Part shown: positions 18,301 through 27,234 of the stretch, one piece after another | How positions within the stretch are numbered: position 1 is the first letter of the stretch | How the letters are laid out: every line of letters starts with the position of its first letter | From: Thermoplasmatota archaeon | Lineage (GTDB): Archaea > Thermoplasmatota > E2 > JACPAO01 > JAHFTW01 | Assembly: GCA_038046785.1 (NCBI GenBank) | Contig: JBBSVM010000006.1 | Coordinates: 101,875 to 165,874, forward strand | Length of the DNA stretch: 64,000 nt | Direction: 5' to 3' | Program-made: the position numbers and the translations under genes | The notes under the pieces: generated by a model | What the model was told of the DNA's origin: nothing | The model's database searches: none | The model's input: the letters and a program-made list of their open reading frames with translations, nothing else

Positions 18301-19334
18301 GCGGCACCTGCCTGGAGACCGCAGGGGGCAGGGCAGGGGGCATCGACGGCCTCGACTTGGATGGTGACGTGGCTCAGTTTGTAGGTGCGCAGAAGATGGT
18401 CGTGGACGGCGCGCACGGTGAGGCCGCTTTCGTCGGGGCGGTTGGTGACGATGTGGGCGGTCAGGAAGTCATGGCCGTCGGTGAGGGTCCAGGCGTGGAT
18501 GTCATGCACGGAAGCGACGCCGGAAACTTTGCTCAAGCTGGTCTCGATGGCGTCCAGGTCGAGGTGCTTGGGGGCGCCCTGCATGAGGACATGCAAGGTG
18601 TCGCGCGTGAGCTTCCACGCCACGCGCAAGATGAGGATGGAGATGACCAGGGTGAGCAAGGGGTCGGCCCAGAGCCAGCCGCGCGAGTAAACGAGGTAGC
18701 CGGCCAGGAGTGCCACCGCAGAGCCGAGCAGGTCGGAGAGGACGTGCGCGTAGGCGGCGCGCATGTTGAGGCTGTGCGCGGCGCCGCGATGGAGGACGAA
18801 CGCCATGCCGGCATTGGCGACGAGCGTGATGCCGCCCATGACCATGACGAGGAAGCCGCGCACGGCGGGTGGGTCCATGAGGCGGTGCCATGCCTCGTAG
18901 ATGAAGTAGGCCGAGATGATCCAGAGGGCGAGGGCGTTGACGAAGGCGGAGACCACTTCGGCGCGTCGGTAGCCGAAGGTCTTGCTGCGGCTGGCGGCTT
19001 TCACGGACCAGGTGACGGCAAGGAGGGCGAGTGCGAGGGCGCCGGTGTCGGTGGCGGAGTGGGCTGCGTCGGAGAGGAGGGCGAGCGAGTTGGCGAGGAA
19101 GCCAATGCCGACTTCGGCGATGGTGACGGTGAGGCCGACGGCGATGACGGCGATGAGGCGGTTGCGGTTGGAGATGGCCATGCCACGCAGTTCGGAGCCG
19201 TGGTCGTGTCCGTGGGCGCCGTGATCATGGCCGTCGTGCGCGCCGTGCGCGTGGTCGTGCCCGTCGTGGTCGTGGTGTTCTTGCTGACCCGCCGGAGAGG
19301 GGGACGCAATCGGGAGGGCCGGAGCCGTGCTCAC
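18297..19334 (-). CDS. cation diffusion facilitator (CzcD/ZitB-like) with His-rich N-terminus, 345 aa
   Basis: ORF track. HHDHDGHDHAHGAHDGHDHGAHGHDHG tail. HxxxD motifs (DAAHSATD and AHVLSD). C-terminal cytoplasmic domain. Confidence 0.9.
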   Translation of the reverse strand: MSTAPALPIASPSPAGQQEHHDHDGHDHAHGAHDGHDHGAHGHDHGSELRGMAISNRNRLIAVIAVGLTVTIAEVGIGFLANSLALLSDAAHSATDTGALALALLAVTWSVKAASRSKTFGYRRAEVVSAFVNALALWIISAYFIYEAWHRLMDPPAVRGFLVMVMGGITLVANAGMAFVLHRGAAHSLNMRAAYAHVLSDLLGSAVALLAGYLVYSRGWLWADPLLTLVISILILRVAWKLTRDTLHVLMQGAPKHLDLDAIETSLSKVSGVASVHDIHAWTLTDGHDFLTAHIVTNRPDESGLTVRAVHDHLLRTYKLSHVTIQVEAVDAPCPAPCGLQAGAA

Positions 19335-19425
19335 AGCCCCTCTTCAACGGTTGGCGGGTATAGCGGCTGTGCTAACTGGGGCGCCCAGGTTTCATAATGG
19401 ACCAACCTCTTCTCAGTTCCAATCT

Positions 19426-20290
19426 TTATCGTCCAGCACGGTCCCGCCACCATTTCCATGTCTGGTTGAGGAGGTAGAAGGTGCCGCCGGCGACGACGGC
19501 CAAGAAGAGGCCGTTGAGGAGCGTGCGCGTCAGGTCGGAACGAGGTTCGACGCTTTCCTGAACGAAGACGTGTTGAGTGGGCACGTCGTCGGGGTCAAAC
19601 AGGGCGCTCGTGAAACGCATGTGGCGCATGCCCGGTTCTCGGAAGGTGACGTCGGCCGCCCACGTGTGGTCGGGGGTGCGTTGGAGGATGAGTTTCTCGC
19701 TGCCGAGCATTTGGCTGTGGTCGTCGGTCCAACTCTCCAGCGTGAGCAGGAGGAGGCCGGGCCCTTGGTTGGCTTGGGCGCGCTCGTTGTCGTACCAGAC
19801 GAGTTTGAAGTCGAGTCGCGTCACGTTTCCGACGTAGGCGTCCAGCTCTTCGTTCACGGGGGTGATGCGGAAGCCGACGTCCTTGTAGACGGCCAAAGCG
19901 AGCGTCGCGACTTCGCGGCGTGCTCCGTTCTCGAAGGTGATGGTGGCGTTCCAGGCGCCGGGCGAGGGGAAGAGCCAGGAGCCTTCCCAGGTCGTGTTGG
20001 CGGCGTGGCGGAAAGCGCCCTGGAGGGTCTCTTCTTGCGGGCCGGTCCACGTATAGGAGATCTGCGTCGCATTGGAGGCGGCACCGAGACGATTGTCCTT
20101 CCATTCCTGGACGATGAGCCGCCACTCCATCGTCTGGCCGGCAATGGGGAGGCGGTCGGGGGAGAGGACGGCGACGTAGGTGTCGCTTTGGAAGACCGTG
20201 TCGGAGCCGAACTCCTCAACATGGGCCTGTGTGGACGGCAGGGCCAAGAGCAGGGCCAGGGCGGCAAGCGTGGCGCGGGAGCGGTTCAGC
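19426..20290 (-). CDS. secreted, C-terminally anchored protein (start codon unresolved)
   Basis: ORF 19426..20541. The signal peptide NRSRATLAALALLLALPSTQA begins right where the cupredoxin gene ends. There is no in-frame ATG, GTG or TTG between the stop at 20286 and the signal peptide. C-terminal TM LFLAVVAGGTFYLL. Confidence 0.45.
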
Positions 20291-20726
20291 GTCTCAGCCT
20301 CCAGGCCGCGCCGGCGAGGAGGGCGACGATGGCGGCAAGCGGGAGCGTCGGGGTCGAAGCGGAGCCCGGTCCGACGGTGAGGGTGCCTTTCATGCCGCCC
20401 TCGGCGTGGCCGGCGACGCGGCAGATGTAGGCGTAGCTTCCCGTCTGAAGCTCCACGGTGAGAGTGAGGTTTTGGCCGGTCTTGAGGAGCGGCGTGAAGG
20501 CCAGCGGGGTGGAGCAGCCGCCTTGTGCCTCCGACGCGCACAGGGTGAAGTCGTGCGGGATGGAGCCGCGGTTCTCGACGCGGATGGCCCAGCTGCCCGC
20601 CTCGGGGAAGATGGACGGGTTAATGGCGACGTGGAAGGGGTTGTCGTGCAGCTGCACGGTCGCCTCGGCGGCTTGGGCGGCGGGCACGGCGAGTGCGCCC
20701 GCCACGAGAAGGAAGAGGAGTTTCAT
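20286..20726 (-). CDS. cupredoxin (plastocyanin/halocyanin-like blue copper protein), membrane-anchored, 146 aa
   Basis: ORF track. Signal peptide. Type-1 Cu ligands IPHDF and YICRVAGHAEGGMKG. C-terminal TM. Confidence 0.8.
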   Translation of the reverse strand: MKLLFLLVAGALAVPAAQAAEATVQLHDNPFHVAINPSIFPEAGSWAIRVENRGSIPHDFTLCASEAQGGCSTPLAFTPLLKTGQNLTLTVELQTGSYAYICRVAGHAEGGMKGTLTVGPGSASTPTLPLAAIVALLAGAAWRLRR

Positions 20727-21535
20727 CCGGGATGCTTCTCCGCAGTGGATGCGTGCGGTGTGCCTGCGTCGTGGTCGTTGGGGGTGGTCTCCGGTACTGC
20801 GCCGTGGTGGTCCTGGCCTTCGCCGAGGCTGGAGATGTTCGCCTCGGCGACGAGGGCGGAACCGTAGGCGGCCCCACCCGCAAGCAGGCCGATGGCCAGC
20901 ATGACGGAGGTCGTCACCACGGTGGCGCGTCGGGAGGATGTGGCGGGAGCGGCGGCGCCCGCCAGTGCGGGCACGAGCAGGATGGCGGCTGCGACTTGGA
21001 GGGCGACGGTGGCGAGGCTGACGAGGTCCATGCCTTCGGGTCCATCACTCCACGGGCTGCGCAGGATGCGTGTTAGTGTCCAGAGGGCCAGGGGTCCGAT
21101 GGCGAGGAGGGCAAATCCAATGCGTGCCGTCCGGCGCGTGGGTGAGACTGCGTAGAGGACGCTCCAGGCGACCTGCGCGACCCCGATGGCGCAGAAGAAC
21201 AGGCCAAGACCGAGCGCTTCTTGCAGGTGGGATTGCAGCACGGTGAGATGCAGGACGCCCGCGCCAAGCATCAGGCCGGCTGCCCAAGCGTCGTGCAGGC
21301 GTCGCGCCGACCACGCCGCAACGAGCGTGTTCGGAGATGCGCCGGATGCTTTGGCCAACGCAGGACGGGGCAAGGCGTCGAGCGCGCGTCGTGCTTGCAG
21401 CGCTGAGAAACTCAGGCCGCCGGGGGGTTGTGGGCTCGATGCTGCTTCGGTCAGGGCTGCTGCGCCGACAAGGGTTGTGGGCATGGATGCGGCCCAACCC
21501 AGGGACGAGGAGTTGGTTTCCGGTTGCGGCCTCAT
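20723..21535 (-). CDS. 4-TM membrane protein with His-rich C-terminal tail (paralog of 32046..32702)
   Basis: Internal Met33 of ORF 20723..21631. It shares GVLHLTVLQSHLQEALGLGLFF, RILRSPWSDGPEGMD and a His/Asp tail with its paralog. Confidence 0.6.
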   Translation of the reverse strand: MRPQPETNSSSLGWAASMPTTLVGAAALTEAASSPQPPGGLSFSALQARRALDALPRPALAKASGASPNTLVAAWSARRLHDAWAAGLMLGAGVLHLTVLQSHLQEALGLGLFFCAIGVAQVAWSVLYAVSPTRRTARIGFALLAIGPLALWTLTRILRSPWSDGPEGMDLVSLATVALQVAAAILLVPALAGAAAPATSSRRATVVTTSVMLAIGLLAGGAAYGSALVAEANISSLGEGQDHHGAVPETTPNDHDAGTPHASTAEKHPG

Positions 21536-21599
21536 GGCTCGAATAGGATTCAATTTCCGACAAAAGGCTGATGCTAAGCTCGGCGCCTCATTTTCATAT

Positions 21600-21974
21600 T
21601 CAGATGGGTGCCGGCGTGACGCGGACGCCATCGAGTTTCGTCAACGCGTCGAGGAGTTCGTGGATGCGTGGCCCTTCGCCATGGAGGCTGAGAGCATCCA
21701 CGCAGGTCTCTTCCAGATGGTGGTGCAAGGAGGTGCGGACCAGCCCCTCGAAACGGCGCAAAACGCGGCTCACCTTCTCCTGGTTATTGTCCACCACATA
21801 GACCAGCGTCAAGGCGAGATGGACTTGGCCATCGAACTCCATCTGATGACGCGTGATGAAGTGGTGCAGCGCGTCGCGGACGGCGCTGGAGCGGGAATGG
21901 TAGCCAAAGTGCTCGACCAGCTTGTCGAACTTGTCCAGTTCGGCGCCAGAGAGGGAGATCGAGATGACGGCCAT
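21600..21974 (-). CDS. nikR: NikR-like ribbon-helix-helix metal-responsive regulator, 124 aa (copy 1)
   Basis: ORF track. N-terminal RHH (MAVISISLSGAELDKFDKL). C-terminal HHHLEETC metal-binding motif. About 90% identical to 46373..46747. Confidence 0.85.
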   Translation of the reverse strand: MAVISISLSGAELDKFDKLVEHFGYHSRSSAVRDALHHFITRHQMEFDGQVHLALTLVYVVDNNQEKVSRVLRRFEGLVRTSLHHHLEETCVDALSLHGEGPRIHELLDALTKLDGVRVTPAPI

Positions 21975-21988
21975 AGGGGCTCACTTGT

Positions 21989-22008
21989 GGGGGGGGGGGG
22001 GGGGGGGG
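21989..22008. repeat. 20-nt homopolymeric G tract (poly-C on minus strand), 15 nt upstream of the nikR copy-1 start codon
   Basis: Read directly: cacttgtg + G x20 + taaatg. The paralogous locus at 46758 has only 6 G. Confidence 0.9.
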
Positions 22009-22016
22009 TAAATGCG

Positions 22017-22190
22017 TCAGCCTGCGGCGTGGAGAGGGCGGCTCGTCGAGGAAGACGTCGCCGGTTTGGATGGGGAGCGGGTTTCGTAGGTGCCGGGGTG
22101 GACGAGGAAGAGGTTGTGGACCATCCATGTCCCGTCGCCATTTGGCGTGGCGGCGAACGAGGAGCGCCGGCACTTGGGTGTCCAAATGCG
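22017..22190 (-). pseudogene. remnant of the copCD 3' end (duplicated fragment)
   Basis: ORF 22017..22397 ends in ...PNGDGTWMVHNLFLVHPGTYE, matching CopCD C-terminus ...PNGAGAWMVHNLLLVRSGAYD. Shared nucleotide strings gctcgtcgaggaagacgtcgccgg and gtggaccatcca. Confidence 0.5.
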
Positions 22191-22284
22191 AAAGGCACGA
22201 GCCCGCAACGCTTCCCGGCCATGCTTATTTCGTATCGTGCGTATTTTCCACATCGACTTGCCCAGATTCCGGCGACCCTCGGGC

Positions 22285-22740
22285 TCAGTCAGCGGCCCGC
22301 ATCCGCTCAAGCAAGCCGACGAGCTGCTCAATCTCCTGGAGCTTCCAGTCGTTGAACACCTTCCCGACCCCCTTATGGGCTTCCAGCATGATGCCAATCA
22401 GCCGCTGACGGGCCCCCGGCACGAGCTGCACGGTCACGACGCGACGATCCTTGGAGTTCCGCTTGCGCGTCACGAAGCCTGCTGCCTCCAGGCGATCCAG
22501 CATGATGCTCACACTGCCCGACGTCAGGCCCGTGAAGGCGACGATGTCGCGTGGAGTCGTGTCTCCGGCATGCGCCATGAACTGCAAGGCGAACGCATCC
22601 GTCGTCGAAACCGATTCGCCCGACGCGGCCGCAAGCTGCCGCTGGAACTCCGTAAAGCTCCGTCGAAGAGCATGGATGGCCGCCAGCACGGCCGCCTCAC
22701 GGCGCGTCCCATGACCCCCCGCACCATGGTCGTGCTTCAT
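22285..22740 (-). CDS. MarR-family transcriptional regulator, about 151 aa
   Basis: ORF 22285..22758. wHTH DIVAFTGLTSGSVSIMLDRLEAAGFVTRKRNSKDRRVV. Confidence 0.8.
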   Translation of the reverse strand: MKHDHGAGGHGTRREAAVLAAIHALRRSFTEFQRQLAAASGESVSTTDAFALQFMAHAGDTTPRDIVAFTGLTSGSVSIMLDRLEAAGFVTRKRNSKDRRVVTVQLVPGARQRLIGIMLEAHKGVGKVFNDWKLQEIEQLVGLLERMRAAD

Positions 22741-22967
22741 GGGCGCTGCCAGCGGCACCGCCCTCTAAGGCCTTCCCAAATCTCTTGATGACAAGATTCT
22801 TTATGGCAAGCGGTTTGACCGACCCATGGACCTGGAGCCCAACTCGCCCGCATCCGAGCCCCCCGAGACCCCACGCTGGGTGTGGATTCTTGCGGGCGTC
22901 CTGGCTGCCGGCCTCATGGCCGTCGTGACGCTGCACTTGACGGGCAACATGCGCATGGGGCATTGAC

Positions 22968-23471
22968 ATGCTGGGCACCGGTGGTCGCCGCCTGTGGCTT
23001 TCCATGCACATCGTCTCGTCGGTCGGCTGGATTGGCGCCGTCATGGCCTTCATTGTCCTCGACGTCGCCACAGTCACGAGTGCCAACGTCGGCGTCCTGC
23101 GCGGGGCCTATATCTCCATGGACCTCATCACCCGGTGGGCAATCATTCCTCTTGCACTGACCTCCTTCGTGACAGGCCTCGTCGTCGCGTTGGGCACCAA
23201 GTGGGGCCTTTTTCGACACTACTGGGTCGCCGTTTCGCTCGTCCTGACCGCGGCGTCCACGATCGTGCTCTACGTTCAAGTGCCTCTGATCGGTCGTCGT
23301 GCCGCGATGGCCGCTGACCTCGCAACGAGCGACGCGACCATCCAGGACTTAGGCAACCTTCTGCTCCACTCCATCGGCGGCACCATTGTCTTGCTCATCA
23401 TCATGGTTTTGAACATCTACAAGCCGCGCGGACTGACTCGATACGGGTGGCGAAAGCAAGTCGCGCAGTAG
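22968..23471 (+). CDS. 4-TM integral membrane protein, 167 aa
   Basis: ORF track. Hydrophobic helices. A possible 50-aa single-TM ORF (22825..22977) lies immediately upstream. Confidence 0.55.
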   Translation: MLGTGGRRLWLSMHIVSSVGWIGAVMAFIVLDVATVTSANVGVLRGAYISMDLITRWAIIPLALTSFVTGLVVALGTKWGLFRHYWVAVSLVLTAASTIVLYVQVPLIGRRAAMAADLATSDATIQDLGNLLLHSIGGTIVLLIIMVLNIYKPRGLTRYGWRKQVAQ

Positions 23472-23693
23472 GTCCCGGCACTTGCTGAAACGGGCGGAGG
23501 AGGCGTGCTCGGGATTCCTTGCGTCCACCGTGAACAGGGTCTAATCGGGTTCGTCGGCAATCACTGCATGCTCCATTGGAGCAGGCGGGTTCGGAGCCTG
23601 ATCTTGCTGGGGATCCTGGTCTGCCTCTTGACCATGGCCGCCACGATGTACTCCATGATGCGGCGCGACAAAGGCCCCTGAGGCCAAGGTGCC

Positions 23694-24968
23694 CTAACCG
23701 TCGTTGCGGCGCGGCACAAACAACGCGATTGCGGCAACAACGGCGCCCGCCGCGCCGGCGAGCGCTCCCAGCAACACGCTGGGGGCGACCCTCTCGACAA
23801 GGCCCGACAATTCCACGAGGTGGACGCTCCAGTAAGGCACGCTGACGAGAACTTGGAATCCGCTGGCGTCCCGCACGACCCAGTATTCCGGCTGTCCCTG
23901 GTCATCGTTTGGCTCGAGGATGTCGTCGAGGCCAGTTGCCCGTTTGAAAACGATTTCTTTTCTTGAGGTTCCGTCCTCGCCGTCCGGCAAGTCGAAATAG
24001 CGCAACTGCAGCCCACTTGGCTCGCTGCCAAGGACCGTCGCATTGACATGGATGACGAACGTGCGGCCCGCCGTCAAGTTGCCACTCAAAACCACGCGGA
24101 GAGGGTCGGATTCTGTCGGTGTGGATTCGGGGTGCTTGACGCTCACTCTGATGCGATCGTAGGCGAAAACCTCGGCGCAATGACGGGCAGCGTCGTCCAC
24201 TTCTTGCCCACAGTTCGCCTCATTGACGTAAATCTCAGCTCCAATCCGATTGCCATGCGCCACGGCACCGCGAATCTTGGTTCGAGCGGCCGTGGATTCC
24301 GGGGTCTGAGATTCGGAGATTTCAGCAAAGGTGTGGAAGCTGAAAAAGTGGGTTATGGATAAGGTGCGGTCGTCCAGCCAGGTCAGATTCCTGCTGGTGA
24401 GAATGGCACGCCCGCCATCGGGGTACTGAACCAGGACGCCCTCCTTCATCGATTCCTTGGTAATGCCCATCGGGAAAACGAGGATGGCTGCCGCATCGTC
24501 GCCTTCAAAGCGCAGGAAGCCCCGAGCATCGTCATGCATCGCCAGAAAGCTGCGTCCGGCACGCAGGACGATCCGGTCATTATCGCGACCCAACCGAACT
24601 TCGCTGTCCGAGTCCATGCGAAGGGAAACCAGAACCTCGCGGCCATCCACTGTCAGGTTGGCAATCCCGATTCCGTCCGCTGCGAGCGCGAAACCCAAGT
24701 GACGCGGACCGCTCTCCGCCGCGCACAGGCCTGCCTGCGAGCGGCCCTTGCAGCGAATCTTGCAATCGCCAGGCGAATCGACGCAATCATCTCGGACGCA
24801 TTTCCCGTGCTCTTCCGGTTGCGTGTCACGAACGCAGGCGCGTTCCTTGTCTGGCCGACTTGCATCGTCGATGGTGGTTGGTCCACCCTCTTGAGCGGTA
24901 GCCACGTTTGCCACGTTTGCCAGTGCCAGCAACGCCACGGCGGCAAATTGAAGCGCCCGTGGGTGCAT
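23694..24968 (-). CDS. secreted Cys-rich protein with C-terminal TM anchor, 424 aa
   Basis: ORF track. Signal peptide MHPRALQFAAVALLALANVANVATA. Cys cluster CVRDDCVDSPGDCKIRCKG. C-terminal TM and RRNDG. Confidence 0.6.
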   Translation of the reverse strand: MHPRALQFAAVALLALANVANVATAQEGGPTTIDDASRPDKERACVRDTQPEEHGKCVRDDCVDSPGDCKIRCKGRSQAGLCAAESGPRHLGFALAADGIGIANLTVDGREVLVSLRMDSDSEVRLGRDNDRIVLRAGRSFLAMHDDARGFLRFEGDDAAAILVFPMGITKESMKEGVLVQYPDGGRAILTSRNLTWLDDRTLSITHFFSFHTFAEISESQTPESTAARTKIRGAVAHGNRIGAEIYVNEANCGQEVDDAARHCAEVFAYDRIRVSVKHPESTPTESDPLRVVLSGNLTAGRTFVIHVNATVLGSEPSGLQLRYFDLPDGEDGTSRKEIVFKRATGLDDILEPNDDQGQPEYWVVRDASGFQVLVSVPYWSVHLVELSGLVERVAPSVLLGALAGAAGAVVAAIALFVPRRNDG

Positions 24969-25179
24969 GGCGCAGAATGGGCCACCGACCTAAAAAGTCC
25001 AGCCTGTTTGGGCACGGATTTGGACGGGACTGGCGCGGCTCAAAGGCGGTGCAAGACCGCGCCGCAGCAGCGGCTCCGGTGGCTGCGCCCCCGGCGGGCG
25101 GATGGCGGGCATTAGGACAAGATTGGAAGACCATGCGCCAGAGGGTAAACGCAAGAAGGAGACGCGAGGTCGCACCTGC

Positions 25180-26214
25180 ATGCGCAGCGTCGCCCCGCTC
25201 TTTCTTGCCCTGCTAATCCTCCCCGCCGCGTCGGCCCACAACCCCTCCGAGGCAAACGAACTGGAAATCCTGCTCATCGAGGATGAGGGCACGGACGCCG
25301 TCGAAGCCTACGGCGGCTACGACATCAATTCCGTCTACCTCGGATTGGCCCACGACGCCAGCGTCGGCGCCGGCGAGGCGGGCGACGGCTTCTACCTGCG
25401 CGCGGAGCTCTACGGGCTGCGCTCTGAACAGGTCGTCCCTAGCCCACCGGGCCAAGAAGAGTGGCGCATCACCTTCTTCTTCGAAGGTGGCGACGGTCCC
25501 ACGAGCCGTTACCTTGCCACGACGGACGGCACCACGTTCACCACCGATTTCGATGCCTTGTTCACCGAACTGGAAGAAGAGTTTCGCGAGACCCATGTCA
25601 TCCGCGCCTTCGTCTCCTTCGCCAGCACAGGTCTAGCCCCCGGCGACACCCTGCGCGGCCTGCGCCTCGAGTCCACCGTGGGTGGCGACCTGCGCGACCT
25701 CGCTCCTGGCGGCATCCCCCTGCCTTACACGGACGGCGCCGCTGCCTATCCTGCGCAAGCAGCTGGCTCCTCGCCCGGCACGGTCGAGGCCGAACCTGTC
25801 CTCGGCGCCCCGAGCCGCTACCTCAGCGTGACACGCCTCGACGTTTCCGCCGGAACCTACACCATCGCAGTGCAATCCACGTTGAAACAGTCCGGTCAAC
25901 ACATCCACATCGCCGCCCTTGACGGTGACGGTTGGAATCTCACGTACGCAACACCTCGCGTCCTGAACGTTCCCGCAGGCGGCGAAGCCACCTTCACGTT
26001 CCAAGCCTCCCCCAATCCTGGGGCCGCCAACCTGGCCCTCGAAATCGTCACCGATGTGGGCGGCCGGTTGCCCATCTTCATCGAGCCCGACGGGACCATC
26101 CAAGCCGCAGGATTGAGCCAAGATGCGCCAGCACTCAGTCAAGTTGCGCCCGCTGTTGGCCCCGTTCTTTTCCTCGGTCTTCTCGCCTTGGCAGTGGCGA
26201 TGCGTCGCCGCTAA
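25180..26214 (+). CDS. secreted surface protein with C-terminal TM anchor plus RRR, about 344 aa
   Basis: Internal Met27 of ORF 25102..26214. Signal peptide MRSVAPLFLALLILPAASA. C-terminus VGPVLFLGLLALAVAMRRR. Confidence 0.6.
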   Translation: MRSVAPLFLALLILPAASAHNPSEANELEILLIEDEGTDAVEAYGGYDINSVYLGLAHDASVGAGEAGDGFYLRAELYGLRSEQVVPSPPGQEEWRITFFFEGGDGPTSRYLATTDGTTFTTDFDALFTELEEEFRETHVIRAFVSFASTGLAPGDTLRGLRLESTVGGDLRDLAPGGIPLPYTDGAAAYPAQAAGSSPGTVEAEPVLGAPSRYLSVTRLDVSAGTYTIAVQSTLKQSGQHIHIAALDGDGWNLTYATPRVLNVPAGGEATFTFQASPNPGAANLALEIVTDVGGRLPIFIEPDGTIQAAGLSQDAPALSQVAPAVGPVLFLGLLALAVAMRRR

Positions 26215-27224
26215 CCCAGCAGGTTGAGCGTGCTGAACAGGGCAGGTCCCACGCCGATGTACACGACGACCAGGAAGAGCAGCAAGCGCTGGTAGGGATC
26301 GTCCAGGCGCCCGCCGAATCCCGAGAGGACGCGAGCCAGAACGAGTGCAAGAATCCATTTGACCAGGATGTAGCCGGGCCCCGTCCATTCGATGAGGAAC
26401 GCCGAGATGGCCATCTGCTCTGTCAAGCCGAAGGGCAGCAAACCGAGCGGGTTCTTGACGGCCAGGTAACTCACCGTGCCATCCAGCAGTTGTGTTGCCG
26501 CCAAGAGCAGGGCGGGCGCCCCCGCAAAGACTGCCAGGGATGGGCGCCGGAGGATGCGGTGCGCCGTGAACTGGAAAACCAGCAGCACGCCGGCCACAAG
26601 GATGGTCAGCCCCAGCGTGCTCCACGCGCCTGGCCGCGGTTCTCCAAGCAGCCCAAAACCCGCGACCGTGAGGGCGGCCAATCCAAGCGACGTCCAAGCG
26701 ATGAACCCTGCGCGTGACGCCCAGGTCGCTGGCGTCTGGGTGCGGGGTGCGAGTAGGACAACGGTTGCAAGCGACAGCAGAACGACGGGGAGTGCCAGCG
26801 TCCGGTAGAAGGCGACGGGCAGGCTCCAGGCTTGCTGAACTGCCAGGAAACGAAGCGCGGTCGGGATGGCCAAGCTGGCGGCGACCGCCGTCATCCAGGC
26901 GCCGTCGGGTTCTCGGCCGCGCCACAATCCGAGCGTCTTGGCGAAACTGAGGTAGCCCCACACCAGAGCGCCATCGAGGAGGAGAAGGCCAGCCGGTAGC
27001 GGCGCGACGTAGCGGAGCCCGACGAGGCTGATGAACAAGGCAACGGCGCCGCCAATCAGGCCGCTGCGGCGCGCGGCCCTCTCCTTCTTCTCGCGCTTGG
27101 CCTCGTCATCGACGGCTGGAGGCGGAGGCGCCGCCTGGAGGGCGCGAATCTCGGCCTGCAACTGCTCATCGTCGCGAAACGGATCCTCCTCGTCAGGATT
27201 AGTCGGCTCGCTTCCGGAGCGCAT
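26211..27224 (-). CDS. DUF63-like polytopic archaeal membrane protein, 337 aa
   Basis: ORF track. Multiple TM helices. The family assignment is from memory. Confidence 0.55.
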   Translation of the reverse strand: MRSGSEPTNPDEEDPFRDDEQLQAEIRALQAAPPPPAVDDEAKREKKERAARRSGLIGGAVALFISLVGLRYVAPLPAGLLLLDGALVWGYLSFAKTLGLWRGREPDGAWMTAVAASLAIPTALRFLAVQQAWSLPVAFYRTLALPVVLLSLATVVLLAPRTQTPATWASRAGFIAWTSLGLAALTVAGFGLLGEPRPGAWSTLGLTILVAGVLLVFQFTAHRILRRPSLAVFAGAPALLLAATQLLDGTVSYLAVKNPLGLLPFGLTEQMAISAFLIEWTGPGYILVKWILALVLARVLSGFGGRLDDPYQRLLLFLVVVYIGVGPALFSTLNLLG

Positions 27225-27234
27225 GGGTTCGGTC

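Noticed and set aside
22825-22977. 50-aa single-TM ORF, and a 38-aa hydrophobic ORF at 23567..23683
   Set aside because: They are too short and unsupported. They could be leader or N-terminal fragments, so they are mentioned but not called.
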